Below are positions 24,641 through 38,714 of a stretch of 64,000 bases of DNA, piece after piece. This DNA comes from Lingula anatina (lineage: Eukaryota; Animalia; Brachiopoda): positions 12,686,651 to 12,750,650 of the forward strand of contig CM120647.1 in the NCBI GenBank assembly GCA_051362555.1, in the 5' to 3' direction. The notes beneath the pieces were generated by a model. It had not been told where the DNA came from. It saw only the letters and a program-made list of their open reading frames with translations, and searched no databases. Numbering within the stretch: the stretch's first letter is position 1; each line of letters starts with the position of its first letter. The position numbers and the translations under genes were made by a program.

Positions 24641-27096
24641 AATTTTAGAGTTACAATAATGTGCCATAAAATTCCTACAGAAGAAATTAACAGAAATAAA
24701 GAAAAGATCATTTTGGTTGAAATTCTTGAAATGGGAGGCGCTCAGAAGTTCCAGATGTTCAAATTTCATGAAATAATGTCATTTTTTGACCAGAAGTTGT
24801 CTGCCTCGACAAGCCTTATGTTATCTTTTCCAGACGTTCAAAAAATTTATGCATATTACCGTATTGCACATTTTACTTTCACCACCAAAATGTACTTTTT
24901 GATACAGCATAGCTCGTAAACCGTATGGAAAACAAAAAAAAAACGGAGGTCACTTTCAGTGTTTGGCTTGACATGCTCTATCAAATGCAAAAAAAAAAAC
25001 AAGAGGTCTCTAGCATTAACGATTCCAGAATTAGAGAGAGTTTTCTGTTTCGGCATCTAATGGCCGCTGTTCCCGTGAAAATGCACCGATTGACCGCAAA
25101 CTCACGGAGATGAAAGATGACCTGAAGGTGTACTTCAGGTATTTATATCCCGAAATTGAACGATTTGTATAGTTCACGTGTATGGGTGATAATAATTTGT
25201 ACTAAAATGAAAACGATATTAATGCACAGTAAACCGTTTTCTTCACCCATCAAATTTTGTGACAAACATTTTTTTTCTAGCGTGTGTGTAGTAAATGATC
25301 CCTAAGATGACCTAAAAACATGACAATTCTATTCTGAGAGCTTTTCTTTTCCATAATACACAGACTGGTTTGTCTGTGTCTCAATTTTAAGCGTTGTTTT
25401 AGTGTCATTTTCGGGTAAGAATTTAAAAGTTTAAAATACACAACAATGTTTGGAAACACAAATTGTCTGTTATAATAAGACAAACCCATACTCATTCACA
25501 TGGAAGCACCGTACCCCCATTGTAATCCAACACTTAGGAATATTTTGACAGACTCTCAAAGATGATAACCCTTGCTGTTAATATATTCACTTACCTTCAG
25601 AATTGCTGTTCTGTTTAAGAAACCAAAGTTCTGATCTGCGTCGAGCTTACCTTCTAGATTAATACTCAATACTTGCACACCCAGACATAAACCTGTATAA
25701 TAAGCGTCCCAGAAAAAGTCTACATTACAGTGGCACGATACTGGCGTCAGAAAAGGAAATGAAAGAGAAAAATTATGCGGGATAGTCGATATGATGTTGA
25801 TATTGTATGCAATACTTGTACCCCAATGTAAATAGTCTGCTGATTTTTAAAAAATTTAAATTAGAATTTAATTTGACTCAGACATAAACGTTTCAATTCA
25901 CACGCTAGGAATCAATGAAGCTCGAGATTTCATTCTTGCAGAATACCGTCCATGTACATACTGTGATATGAATATTCGCCTTGAAATAATGGGCCCTGCT
26001 TGAATATTAAGCAATTTAATAAATAGTGCATAATCTACTCTCTGTTTTCACAGGGGTCTCTGGTATAGCCTGTTGCAAAATTAAAGAAGTCCCTGTGAGA
26101 TCTTACACGATCAAGCTGTCTACTTTTATGTAACTACCCCTTCCCTATCCGCTCATTATAGACTAGGCGCTGATCCTGCAAAGAGGCTTATAATGTAACA
26201 TTTATTTCTTCGGCAACCTATATTCGGTTCGTCATTGTGTTATGATATAAAATGTCTACATGTCAATATTACATGGGAGGCGTCCTATAAAACGTGCCGC
26301 TGATAGAGGGCGCCAAAACCAGTTACTCTTTAATTGGCAATTACATAAATTCACAAGCAAATTAGATTAAAAAATCTATGAATCAACCAACAATATTACT
26401 GTGAAGCAGATAACTCATTTTCAGTTGTTAGAGCAAACAATAATTTTATGATCATGATTGAAAGAAAGTCTAGTTTTCTTTACTGTGCCGTCACATTTGC
26501 TATATTGACTGTCTTTGGGAGATCTTATTTCTCTAAAAATGTATCTTGAATAACGAAATTCGCCATGCCAATTCAGTTCACGTACATAATAATAATAATG
26601 TGATAATAAAAACAATATTTATTTAAAGTCTAAAACCCTTAAAAGTTCAGTAGATTTTACAATGACATAATACTTAAATATTGTAGTATTAAAAAACAAT
26701 CTGTAAAACCATAGTTAAGGCTTTATTGAAGAGGTTCGTTTTCTTTTTCTTCTACATATGATCTAAATACCAGACTCGTATTAGTTTATAAAAGCAATAC
26801 ACAGTTCCACTCTGTTATTTTATCTACAATACTAATGTTTGCTTTTTTGTAAATGTCATTCACTGCAAACAAGATCATTTGTTTTTTATACGCTTTCATA
26901 TTTGGTTATTTTCGTTACCCCTGAAAGCCACTCTTTAGTTCTCGAGATGTGTGAAACGTTCCCTTTCTTTAGCGTGATTCGTGAAGCACCCTATTCCCGT
27001 GACTCGTGAATGTAATTTCTATTCTCCACCCTTCGTGAAACAAAGTCATTACACCCGATGGTTCGTGATTTTTAGGATTTTCGACGCGCATTATCA

Positions 27097-27203
27097 TGCC
27101 CCTATTTCACACAGACCACGAATTCCACGAATGGCCATGAATTGACAAATTTTGTCAATTCCTGGCGATTCGTGGGATTCGTGGTCTGTGTGAAATAGGG
27201 GCC
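27097..27203. mobile_element. Palindromic MITE (PIF/Harbinger-like)
   Basis: Near-perfect 107-bp hairpin, GCCCCTATTTCACACAGACCACGAA / TTCGTGGTCTGTGTGAAATAGGGGC, TCA duplicated on both sides. Confidence 0.85.
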
Positions 27204-27432
27204 TCAGTGAGACATGAATAGAGTTTTATTTAGTATAATTTGTAAATTAATGACTCCATTTCCAAGTGAATTCTTGAAAAGTTTGTGATGAAACACTACA
27301 CGGCTTTTGCCACGCTTAACTTATTGCAATTGTGAAAATACATTGAACATCGATATACTTGGTATGAACTATGTGCTAAATAAAAATGATGTGATTTTTA
27401 TTCAGTCAACAGCTAATATTGAGATAGTTTTT

Positions 27433-27478
27433 ACCTCCAATATTTCGATGTCTATCAGGACATCTTCTTCAGGGAATG
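27433..27478 (-). ncRNA. Minimal type I hammerhead ribozyme motif (Penelope-type)
   Basis: Minus strand: ttcc-CTGAAGA-A-GATGTC-ctgata-GACATC-GAAA-TATT-ggag. Conserved core, perfect 6-bp stem II, palindromic AATATT stem III, short stem I. Confidence 0.55.
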
Positions 27479-28282
27479 AGGCTATCCAGGTGACTGAAGA
27501 AAAAATCACATCATTCTATGTTATAACTTAACACAGCTGATGAAATTCTTCTCTGGTGCTCAATAACATTTTTACAAAGTTAAGCTACGAAATTAAAAAA
27601 GTTCATGTGCATTAATACTAGTGGGCTACACTAAACAGCCAAGATTCTGATTTTATCATTTATAAATCAGCATCCACTATTCACTAATGTAAGCTTTACT
27701 ATTCCAAACCTTGATATATGCATGGAAGATAGGCCTACCGGTACCACACTGACAAAGGGTAAGCCCACAAAAGAACTTTAAATTTCATAAAAACTGCAAC
27801 TTTGTATGTGCTTACACTAGACCGTCACTCTCTTACCAAACGGAGAAATGTCACACTGATACTGGTACATCAACTGTTCTACATTATCGTTGCCTGTCAC
27901 AGCAAACTGACCGACATTTGCTTCAATGGCACCTTGTGTGTCATCCTCGAGTTCAATGGATTTATACGCCTTATATGCGCGCATATACTATTTACTATTG
28001 AATATACGTGGAAAGTGCAGTTTTCCTCCAAATACACCACGGTTTGTAGACCTTTTAACTTTGATAGTTACTCATAAAGTGCCAGTCAAATTCAGTTTTA
28101 CGTGCATAACCGAAAGACTTCTGAACACATGTACAGCTGCTGCTTGTACAACTACATCACTATGTATGCACGGACCAAAAGCAACATTTTTCTATCATTC
28201 TTATTGTGGAAATTTAGAAATACACGTGGAAATTTAGAAATACAGTTCCATTTGTAACATATACATAATCATGATTGCTGTT

Positions 28283-29690
28283 TCATTGTGGCACGTCCTT
28301 TCTAACAAACACTATATCTTGGCCTCCTAGAATGGTACCTTTCCTGTAGAGTCCTGTATTTTTGAAGATCTCCCTGATTGCTTTCTCACGTTTTGGCGTA
28401 TCAGGACCTCCGTCGTGAACTGCGTACTCTATAGTCCATACGTCAACTGTGACGTGTTCCCATGGAAACGATTTAAGGATTTCTATCTCAGCACCCTCTA
28501 CGTCCAAGGTAAAGTAATCCACGTGAGTCCGGCCGACGGCGGCCAGGAGAGAACGAATTGGAAAACACTGTATGCGACTTTTTCCTTCTATCAAGTTTTG
28601 TTCCCTTTTAGGAATTACATGGCTGTGTTTTGGTATTCCTCCTATCTCCTGAGCAAACGTAAAATCAACCATTGCGGGACTGCGGCCCGTTGCTAAGCAC
28701 GTATTAACAGCGTAAGTTTTCCTGGAAAGAATTTGAAATAAGACGTTTAGCCAGATGACGAGGAAATAAACGAACTTCTTTGATACGTGTAATATATTCA
28801 AGATCAGCAAACGAACATGTCGATCAGTAAAGACTCTCATTCTATATCTTAAATACACATTTTGATCGTCGTTAAGTATAGAATTTAGATGAGCGTATAT
28901 GTCAAATTCATATTAATGCGAATTTAAAGATTGAACTTTCAATTTATTTAAAATAATAATAATAACTTTGTGACATTCTATTCACTCTTTTAATCTGAGA
29001 GACTGCTATCGTCTCTTAACACTACGAGACAAAAGAATGTGTGTATGGAAAATAACTCTGTACACTTAATGTGCTCCTGAAGAAAAATTAATCAGGCACT
29101 GTGACAACTGGATGTAAAAAAAATCCAACAAAGCACATACATCACCGCTACACTAAAGAAGCGATAACTATCTCCTTTCTGCTCGTAAACTACCCTCACC
29201 TGTTTTTGTTCAAAAGAACTTCAAAGGACCACGGGTTTGGCTCCACAAGCAATCCTTCCCAGTCTCGTGAAATCTCAAAGAAGAGAGAATTGGAATGAGC
29301 CTCTCCATTATATGCTCCTGATTCCACGAAAAATCCTTTGCGGCGTTGCTTCAGAATCTTGTCTACCAATTTTGACTGCCCCATTTGATCCCAGTATGTT
29401 GCCTTTGGGTTGGAAAGATTATAGTGCAGCTTGGAAGGAGGAAGAATCCATTTCCCTCTTACGTGTTCTAAAAGGTCTTCATTGAGGGAGTCTACGTTCC
29501 CTGTTCCTAGACGTTTAATGAATTCTGTGGTTAAACTGTTAGTGTGTGGAAGTTCTTTTATAGAATCACTCAAGTGTTTTGATAAATGATCCACCTTCGT
29601 TTCACAAACGGGACGAAAAACAATCAATGAAATGCAAACAACTAGGATAATAACACCAAGAACAGCAACTGCCCATTTGTTCATGGCCAT
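28283..29690 (-). CDS. FkbM/Methyltransf_21 (Star-like) methyltransferase, paralog 4 (309 aa)
   Basis: Exons 29690-29200 and 28721-28283; intron and upstream region (to ~29975) closely match paralog 1 in inverted orientation. Confidence 0.9.
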
Positions 29691-32600
29691 CTTGGCTGTT
29701 TAATTTATCTGTGGCGTCCGTGGCTTTTGACTTATTTCTACGGTCAACTGAAAAAAGATTGGAAAGAAAACGTCGTGACTAAATAAGGCATTGACACTCT
29801 GCATTTTAAGGCTATGTTACGCCTATGTGAGGAAACTGAGGGCCCGTGTAACAGAAAGTCCACCCTCCATTACATTATGCTGGTTAGGGTTAGCCTAACG
29901 TAGGTGGGTCAAAATCTAAGCCGAGGCTTACTTACCTGTGCAAGTTAATAGGAACCGGACTATCTATCATGGGGGACTCATTGTCACGTCACATCGGGCT
30001 TAAAACCGCATGTAGAATGCGTTTGGGGCCACTCTCACTCCTTTCAAACTTGCAGCTATGACAATATTTGATAGTCAACATGAGATTCATACATCAATGT
30101 TAAAGAACTCGAAGATTATTTTTCGTTACGTATTTGTGAGAGTGTTCCAAAGTGGCCCAAAAATGACCAAATCCAGTCGGCCACGATAGTAGGTACTATT
30201 TATCTCTCCCAATTCTGACCATAACAATTTATAACCCCTAACCCCTAAACAAAATTGCCCCCTAAACAAAATTGCCTGGCTAGTGTCCATTATTCCTTCT
30301 GAAATATACAGGGAAACATGGCTGTCTAAATGGTCAGATGTCTAGAACTTAAGTGTCTAATTATGAATGGTATGTAACATTGAATCCGAGTAGAGGGACG
30401 GATCGAGCGTTGGCCATTGGGTCGAAACATGCTTTTATGCCGAGGATAATTCGATTAGGATGCCTTAATGTTCGCGAAAAACCAGTTGTTGTGTGGGGGT
30501 GGTCGAGTGTCTCACGTAAAGGGAGAAGAGAATTGGTTAAAGGTTTTTCGTCATACCGTCGGAATGGCCTACTCTGAGTGTCAGAGCACAGTAAAAGCTA
30601 GCTTGTTAAAAATCTTGTGATGCGATCGCTTTTACCAGCTCTGACGAACAGCGGCCATGTTAGATTTCCGTCAATCAAATAGAACTGCTCCGCAGTGAAT
30701 CTGCAGTTGAATGTCATCAGACCATAATGAAACGTAAAACAGATTTAATTCTGCTTTATTTAATTATCCTTACTGTATTAAAGCAGAATGTTGCTTGTGT
30801 TGTGGTACTGACCTTCGACTGCAAGCTATCCTTAGTTCAAACTTCCAACTCCGCGTTGGCCACTTGCTTCTTGTCTCGTCTGCACGAGATAACAACAGCG
30901 CAAGGCGGAAGAGGCAGCTCCAGGCGGGCACAGCTGTGACGTACGAGACTTATGACCTCCAAATATGGGAGCTCCAGGGGGACAAAGCTCTGATGTACTA
31001 GACTTGTGACTTCCAAATATGGAAGCGCCCCAGGCAAAATTTTGAAGAAGAACGCCCACGAATATTGACGGTGATGGATAGAGTTTCGTATTGTTGATAT
31101 GGGTTATACTGTATATGAAATCAAGAGCGAGCTGGCCGGAAATCGAGAGCCTTGGGGTAGAATGGCCTGAACGGAGCATATTATTCAGAAAACATGCCCA
31201 ACTAACAATATCTTTATCCAAATAAACCAAGGAGTCTGTTATAACTCCTTGAATAAACGAAGTAAAAGCTCATTTTGTAAATTTTAGACTCTAAAAAACG
31301 TCCTTTTTGCTTAGCCTGCGAGTTAATGAGCTACGTGGTCGGATAACGACAATCGTGCCACCGGCGGAGCTGTCAAACTTAGCTGCATTGTCTACCTGTA
31401 AGATGACGTTTCCGGCTTCTGATAAAATTTATACTCATTCAGATGTCTTACCCGAGGGGTCTAAATTCTCGTGAAGCTGTGTAAAACCGCTTCCCGTCTA
31501 TTCAATTCTTTAACAAGCATCTAATTATGGTTATCCCGAGTTGTATGAAACAGTGCATTTGAATGATACTGTTGCTTATATCATATGAGGTCAGACTTCC
31601 AAACTAAAAGGGTGACATGGGCAATTTTCACAAACAAATAATTAAACTATATTTCAATTAGCCTCCTTTTAAATAAATATACCGTTCTGGGTAAATAAGA
31701 ATATTTATTAAAAAGCGATAATATTTTTGACGTAAATGATGATTTTATTATTAATGAAAATTAAGCTACTATATGTGGTTCATTTGCTGTGATTACGCTG
31801 TCCTTCATGTTTTGCGTTAGTCTACATTTTGCTGCGCGTGCTTGGAATTTTTTAAAATTTGCAGGTCTGGTTATGCCCGTGTTACATGTATGTGATGAGA
31901 GTCTAAATTTGGCAATTAGTTCCTTAACTTTTTTAAATAGAATTGCAGTGTAAAATTTTCGACAAGATGTTGGTGCAGTAGCCATTTACTCTTTGTGGAC
32001 ATCCCCCCCCCCTCAAAGTTTGTTTTAAATTATCTTTCAATCTTTACGCGTTCAAGGACAGTATAAAGTTATCTGACATATTTTCGTAGAAACTTAATGA
32101 CAAGCCAAATTAAGTGTCTTCAGTTCATTTCGAACTCAATTTTACTCAAGCAAATTTTTTCTTGAGTAGATCTTTATAACACGCTGTTATAATACAATTT
32201 TTCGAAGAGAGGATTTAAATCAAAATTAAAAAATTGAAGCTTCTTACTTAAAAGAATTGAGTATCTCCCGCTTTTCATAATATACTAAGTTATGAACAAT
32301 GAACTAAGTTATCAGTAGTGGTCTTTTGTACACCCCACATTCGTATGGCCTTTCTTAAAAACATTCAAGTAATGATTTTTTCCATGCTGCCAGTAGCAAA
32401 CAATGCTCTTTTACCTTGATCTGCTACATGTATTTAGGAGACTTTGTCCGAAGATATCATACTTCACAGTGCTTGACCACTTGTGACAGTGAAGATGAGT
32501 TAATTACCTGGTTGATTTCCTTTACAGGCCTTTGTGATTAGCCGATGCACACCTGGTTAAGAGATAAAATCGGCCTTAAATGCCGATCGTTATCTGTGAT

Positions 32601-33365
32601 CTGGAATCTTACAGTGGTAGATTGCAAAGACTGAATTGCATACCTGGATGAGCATAATATTCACATCTCTTCGAAGAGAATATCATGAGGAAGCAACTGA
32701 TTTTATCAAGGAGGGTTTCAGTTATACTAATAACTGTTGACGTTGCGTAGCTGACAGATATGACGGGTAGCTTTTGTACTGAATTGAGTCGGTACCGTTT
32801 ATCTCTAAGACACGTACTAAAGTAAAATGGTGGCACTACCAACACATTAAAAAAATCTAATGGGATTTGTAAAATTTTAAAGATGAACGGAAAAGTGAAC
32901 GATTCTTGCAGGCTATAGGTCGTGCAAACGTGACCAAAGACGGGGTTGTTGATCGAAACAAGATTGGTCGTAACTTTACATGCACTATGAGATTTGTGAA
33001 TTCAACTGGTAAACTCACGGTCCGTGCGTATGGAGTGACCACTTCTCGCTCAACATGCACGAAGCCCGTTAGTTCCACCAAGGAGTTATAACTCCTTGGT
33101 TCCACACGGTGGGCGTGCGGATATGCGGAGTGAGCAAGAAATAAGTACGTGTATCTAGCGCCTTAACCACGTGCATTGCACGCACCGTAGCCACCCAGGC
33201 GAAGTGGGAAAAAGAGTTTCCTCGCGTGTCCTGCACGACAGGCGAACGAGTTAACATGTCGTACTTTTTCCATTTTTTTAGAAATCGTAGACCTCACGCA
33301 GCGGCTGTTGATCATGTCTAAAAATTTCTACGTTCTGTCTGCGACCTCCAAAATTTGGACTTTTT

Positions 33366-33408
<43 letters not shown>

Positions 33409-33782
33409 AGTTATAATAGACAGCAATTCGTGACTTACAAGTGGCATATATTACATTTTTATGAGACTACGTTTTGAACATACGTTTTGATTTAGTTTTT
33501 TAGGCGTGAAGGTTTCCCTCCCTGTTGAAACCAGTCGAATACATGCAATATGGTAGTCGTTATACAAACTTACTACAGGCTGGGGATTCAGTCGGAAACT
33601 GGTTTAGTTCACCGACAAAGCTTACTTTGAGAAGACCGTTATGAATTGAACATTCTATATTATTCTTTCATATATTCCATTAAAATTTATAGATAGCTTT
33701 AAATTTACCTTGAATAGAATATATATAATACTTAATTTATATGTCATGAAACTTATTGGGCTTTTGTATTATATTCTTCCAG

Positions 33783-33945
33783 AAAGTATCGTTATGTGGC
33801 TTATCATCCTGTGGTACGGTGGTGCTGGGGCTATTTGGGCAAACACCGAAGGGTCCCCGTACCTGCTTATGCAGTGACCAAGACAAGAAACACTTTTACA
33901 ATGCATGGGCATTAGACGGGTTTCAAATTGCCCAATTTGGATTAG
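33783..33945 (+). pseudogene. Relic last exon encoding a P2X7 C-terminal ballast/ZCD-like peptide
   Basis: After acceptor ttcttccag: KYRYVAYHPVVRWCWGYLGKHRRVPVPAYAVTKTRNTFTMHGH*TGFKLPNLD*. Matches the R..AY....W..G....R.P.P.C....IR..F....Y.GFK pattern; TAG replaces the conserved Tyr. Confidence 0.7.
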
Positions 33946-34015
33946 AAGCATGAGAACTTAAGGCAGCTTCGATGATCTGAAGCTTTGTTCGTTACAGACT
34001 TAATGTATATCGGAT

Positions 34016-34190
34016 GGGGGCGTCTCGATAGTCCGAAGGTTCATTGGTCCGAAGGTTCATTGGTCCGAAAAGTGGTGACATTTTCATCGATTTTTTAATC
34101 AAGGGTTCATTGGTCCGAAGGTTCTATAGTGAACTTTCGGACCAATGAACCTTCGGACTATTGAACCTTCGGACTATCGCTACGGCCCCC
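34016..34190. mobile_element. MITE with 16-bp subterminal tandem repeats
   Basis: TIR GGGGG..CGATAGTCCGAAGGTTCA with repeated GGTTCATTGGTCCGAA units; GGAT duplicated; empty site TATATCGGATACCATG at ~10941-10956. Confidence 0.85.
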
Positions 34191-36844
34191 GGATACCATG
34201 CTACATGTACAAGGGTATATCTTTGTACCTTCTCTTGAACACAAAAGCTCATGTGTATTGATTGAATTGAAAAAAAATAATTACTTGCTCAAGAATAGTA
34301 ATTACCAAGACATGCTTTCGAGTTACATGCACGGGCCCAGAGCTACATGTATGAGAAAATTCTGTTAGAAGCCTTTAAAGTATCGTATCAGTATAATCTA
34401 TTATTTTATAAGAAAAAATTAATGTTTTAATTAGAAACGTTGATAAATCTTTTTAAGAAAGTTGCTAGTTTGTATGAAACAACATTAAAATAACACATGT
34501 AAAATAAAATATATTTCCTTAATTGAATCAGAACATTTTAAGAACAGACCGTATGTTGGCTGTGTTTTTTTTCCACGAGTTTTATCCTTATTGCTAAAAG
34601 GTAATACACCTCTCACGTCTTCTCGCACGTTTTCTAGTATTATATGACGTCGAAAGATTTTTTAATAGTTTAAAAGTTCAATCTTTACGCGTTCAAGGAC
34701 AGTATAAAGTTATCTGACATATTTTCGTGAAAACTTAATGACAAGCCAAAATAAGTGTCTCCAGTTCATTCCGTACTCAATTTTTCCCAAGCAATTTTTT
34801 CTTGAGTAGATCTTTATAACACGCTGTTATAATACAATTTTTCGAAGAGAGGATTTAAATCAATATTAAAAAAATTGCAGCTTCATACTTAAAAGAATTG
34901 GGTATCTCCCGCTTTTCATAATATACTAAGTTACACATATATGCACAATGAACTAAGTTATCAGTCGTGCCCTTTTTTACACCCAACATTTTTTTTTTTA
35001 ATCCGTATGGCCTTTCTTAAACACATTAAAGTAATGATTTTTTCCATGCTACTAGTAGCAAAGAATGCTCTTTTACCTTGATCTGCTACATGTTTTTGGG
35101 TTTGACAAAGCTTACAAATTTGCAAAAAGTTTTGCGTACAGACGCAAAACTTGCGTTTCAAGTTATAAAATGATGAATCTTTAAAATTATTTAATATTTG
35201 AGATGAAATAACCTCCAGAAACAAATCCTCAAAGCATAAACGAATTAGGATTACGAACCATTTAATTACAGCAATCCCCATTTTTTCTTTAATATACCGC
35301 TCTTTTTCCTGCCTGTTTTCCCCAACACGATTTCTTCTACAGAAATTATGCCTGGGCATACGCATGCTTCAAGATACCCTAAGAGCAATTACTATTATTA
35401 ATGTTCGCAACCGTGTTTGAACTCTATTGTTTAAATATTGATATTTAACGTCATTTACAAATACCATTTAAATAACTCCATGAAATAAATGAGATATATT
35501 GAAAAATATGGAAGCCCACCAAGACGAGTTTGATACCTGTTATTACCTGGCATGGGAAGTGCAGCGGTGCATAATTAACAGGTTTTATTGTTAACGAGCT
35601 CTTGGTCAACTACAATAGGGACAGTCGGTCATCCGGCATCTGGGAGTCGGTCATCCGGCATCTGGGGTAAAGCTACCCGTGCAATATGGCGGAACGCATT
35701 GACTTCTATGTAAAAGTCGGTAGACTTTGTCCGAAGATATCATACTTCACATTGCTTGACCACTTGTGTCAGTGAAGATGATTTATTTACCTGGTTGATT
35801 TCCTTTACAGGCCATTGTGATTAGCCGATGCACACCTGGTTAAGAGATAAAATCGGCCTTAAATGCCGATCGTTATCAGTGATCTGGAATCTTACAGTGG
35901 TAGATTGCAAAGACTCATTTGCATACCTGGATGAGCATAATATTCACATCTCTTCGAAGAGGAAGCAACTGATTTTATCAAGGAGGGTTTCAATTATACT
36001 AATAACTGTTGACGTTGCATAGCTGACAGATATGACGGGTAGATTTTGTACTGAATTCAACCGGTACCGGTACCATTTTTATGACATAATTTTCTTTGTT
36101 TTTGAAAATCTTGTCTGTTTTGATTTTCAGTCTCGTCTCATCTTTTAGGTAAAAGTGCGCTTGCACTAAAGTTTGCTTCAATAAGCGGGTATACAAACAG
36201 TTACGCTAAGACGCGCAGTGGACACAGTCCGTATTTGATTTCTCAAGTGCCCTTGTACGCAAGCAGGCGTATCAAATATTTCTATCTGTCTAAATGGTGT
36301 ACATGACAAACAGTTCAGCGCACATGCGGGCTTCCTGTACAGTACATTTTGGGCAACTACGACTTATAAATTACAACAGAGCGTGTCAACAGTGAAGCTC
36401 ACTTGAGTTCTGTCTTCCTTATAGCTTACACTGACTCAATCCACCTATAATCCACCCACCGATGGTAACTGTCAGCCTGATTTCATACTACTCCTAAACA
36501 AAATTCCCTGACTAGTACCTATTATTCCTTCTGAAATGTACGTTACAGCATGCCTGTCTAAATAGCCAGACATCTAATTTTGAATGGTACATAACATTGA
36601 ATCCGAATAGAGGGACGGATCGAGCGTTGACCATTGGGTCGAAAAATGCTTTTATTTCGAGGACAATTCGATTAGGATGCCTTAAAGTTCGCGAAAACCA
36701 GTTTGTTGTGTGGGCGGTACATAAGGGCAGCCCCCTACCCAGCAGCTAGGGCAGGATATAGCATTGCTGATTTGTAATTTGCCACTCGGACAGTACACAG
36801 ATATAGAATAACGAAACAGTAAATCCTACATGGAGATTATCTAA

Positions 36845-37052
36845 CACCCCATTCTCATAGATTAGATCGACCTACATTGGATCGACCTAACTCCCTGGGG
36901 GTTCACGCTAAATAGCTGTCAGCCGGGCGGACACGAAAGTTAATTACCCCTTAAAGCTTGTAGTAGGCGGGGACGGACACTTAAGGGGGATTATCTGACA
37001 GTAATCTAGTGAGACTCCCCGCGGTGATAGATCGATCTAAAAGTTGTGAGAA
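36845..37052. mobile_element. MITE family B copy (inverted relative to 6545-6757)
   Basis: Reverse-complement match to 6545-6757 along its length; right TIR eroded. Confidence 0.75.
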
Positions 37053-37583
37053 CAGAGCCTAAGTGAAAGAAATGGCAGCAATAACAACAACGAAATAATG
37101 GTTGTAAAAATTAAGCGGAAAACCGAAAATAATTCCCCTCAATAATATTATAGAATGCATAATTAAAATAGGATAAGCTGAGAAAGGGCACGGTACCTTA
37201 GCTATAGTGTAGGAAGTCCACCTGTGTTCGTAAATGGAGCTAGGGCATGTCTGTCTTCTATATGTAACCTAATATATTACAGATGGTTTATTATTTTCGC
37301 ATCGCGTGAGCGTGTCAGTTGTCCGACCACAAGTCAAGGCTGCACAAAAACGATAAGCGTGTTAACAAAAGCGACTCTCTGTCAATAGGGGCAGTAAAGA
37401 ATATTGATATTATTTTGTATGGGGGAAGGGAGGTCGTATTTATATTTTGAAGTTTCTGTATGATTACGATAACCAATAACGTGCTAATATCTATCGTTGC
37501 ATATTATAACCAATCTGGTTATTGGACAAACAAGTAGCTATATATAGTGGCCGGATAAGTGCGGAATAAATTGTTTTTGTATC

Positions 37584-37628
<45 letters not shown>

Positions 37629-38714
37629 GGCCTTCAGTGTTTATCGCCACTTTAACACCTTTCAAGACTGCCGAGATATGTTTATCAGTTTGAAGTATAT
37701 TTTCCTATCTAACCATATACCCCTGTAAATCATATCAGACATTGCCGACGCGTATCATCGTTTGTAAGATAGTCTTTTGAAGTGAAAAGTGCAAATAGTC
37801 ATTTCACGAGAAACGTAATATAAGAGGTACAGTATTATAGAGCATTCTCGGTGCACGAGTCTCGCCCTTATTGCTGAACGGTACTTTTTTAGACCCACCT
37901 CACGCCGACTCTCGTTTTCTAGTCTCGTGTGACGTCATGCGGTGCTAACAACTCGTTTTAAACACATATACACCATGCACACACTGTATTTTTTATTTAT
38001 TAAGCGGGCACCAACCACACGTCACCGCCGTTTTGTTCCCATGGGATTTTCCCTTTTCAGTTGTATATTTATAAATATATTTATTTTATTTGCAGAAGAT
38101 TACATTAGTGCATACTTTACTAATACATATTGCGGTTTTATAAAATAATCTGAAAATCTAAAACCGATTTTGATCGTATTTGTTTGCATGACCGTCTACT
38201 ACTTTGATATTATAGAGTCGTTATCTGTTATATTTATATTCAGTAGCCAATCAAGATAACAGACGAGCGTGTTTTTTAAAGAAAGTGCTTTTGCATATAA
38301 CATCTTTTAATCCAAATTTATTTTAAAAATCTTAACATCAGAAATGTAAGGATTGATTACAGAGGCTTCTTTCCCCGTCTCCGTTTTCTTCACAGAGAAC
38401 CTTCGTCTCACCCAGCACAATCTCAACTGTCACAATCTCCAACTAGAGCTATCTCAACAAATACAATTCACTTAAATGAGTGTAAATGTCCATTTTTGAA
38501 ATAACAGAGTTAAAATCGAGAATTTACAACATCAGTTTACGTCTCTGTCCTCATACAAGCATTGTGACATACAAAAGCATAGAAAATGAAGTGCCTTTTT
38601 CTGTACATCAACAGCATATATTTTTAAAATTTCCGATGTAAGGAATGGATGCAAATAGAAGAATACTTTGTGCATAGTAAGACATAACAACACAATGATG
38701 CACTACACCAATGC

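Larger units (their letters stand above)
32037..36070. repeat. Local segmental duplications
   Basis: 32037-32430 ~ 34677-35090; 32439-32800 ~ 35722-36070; also 30262-30500 ~ 36493-36715, 9855-10050 ~ 37085-37290, 10770-11530 ~ 33830-34570, and 55-460 inverted ~ 34290-34678 (boundaries approximate). Confidence 0.8.

Noticed and set aside
30795-31230. GC-richer stretch with ~54-bp imperfect repeats and short ORFs
   Set aside because: Most frames are interrupted and I recognise no protein family; probably a decayed repeat.
31388-31450. Possible second hammerhead (CTGAATGA...GAAACGTC on the minus strand)
   Set aside because: Core has an insertion and no credible stem II.
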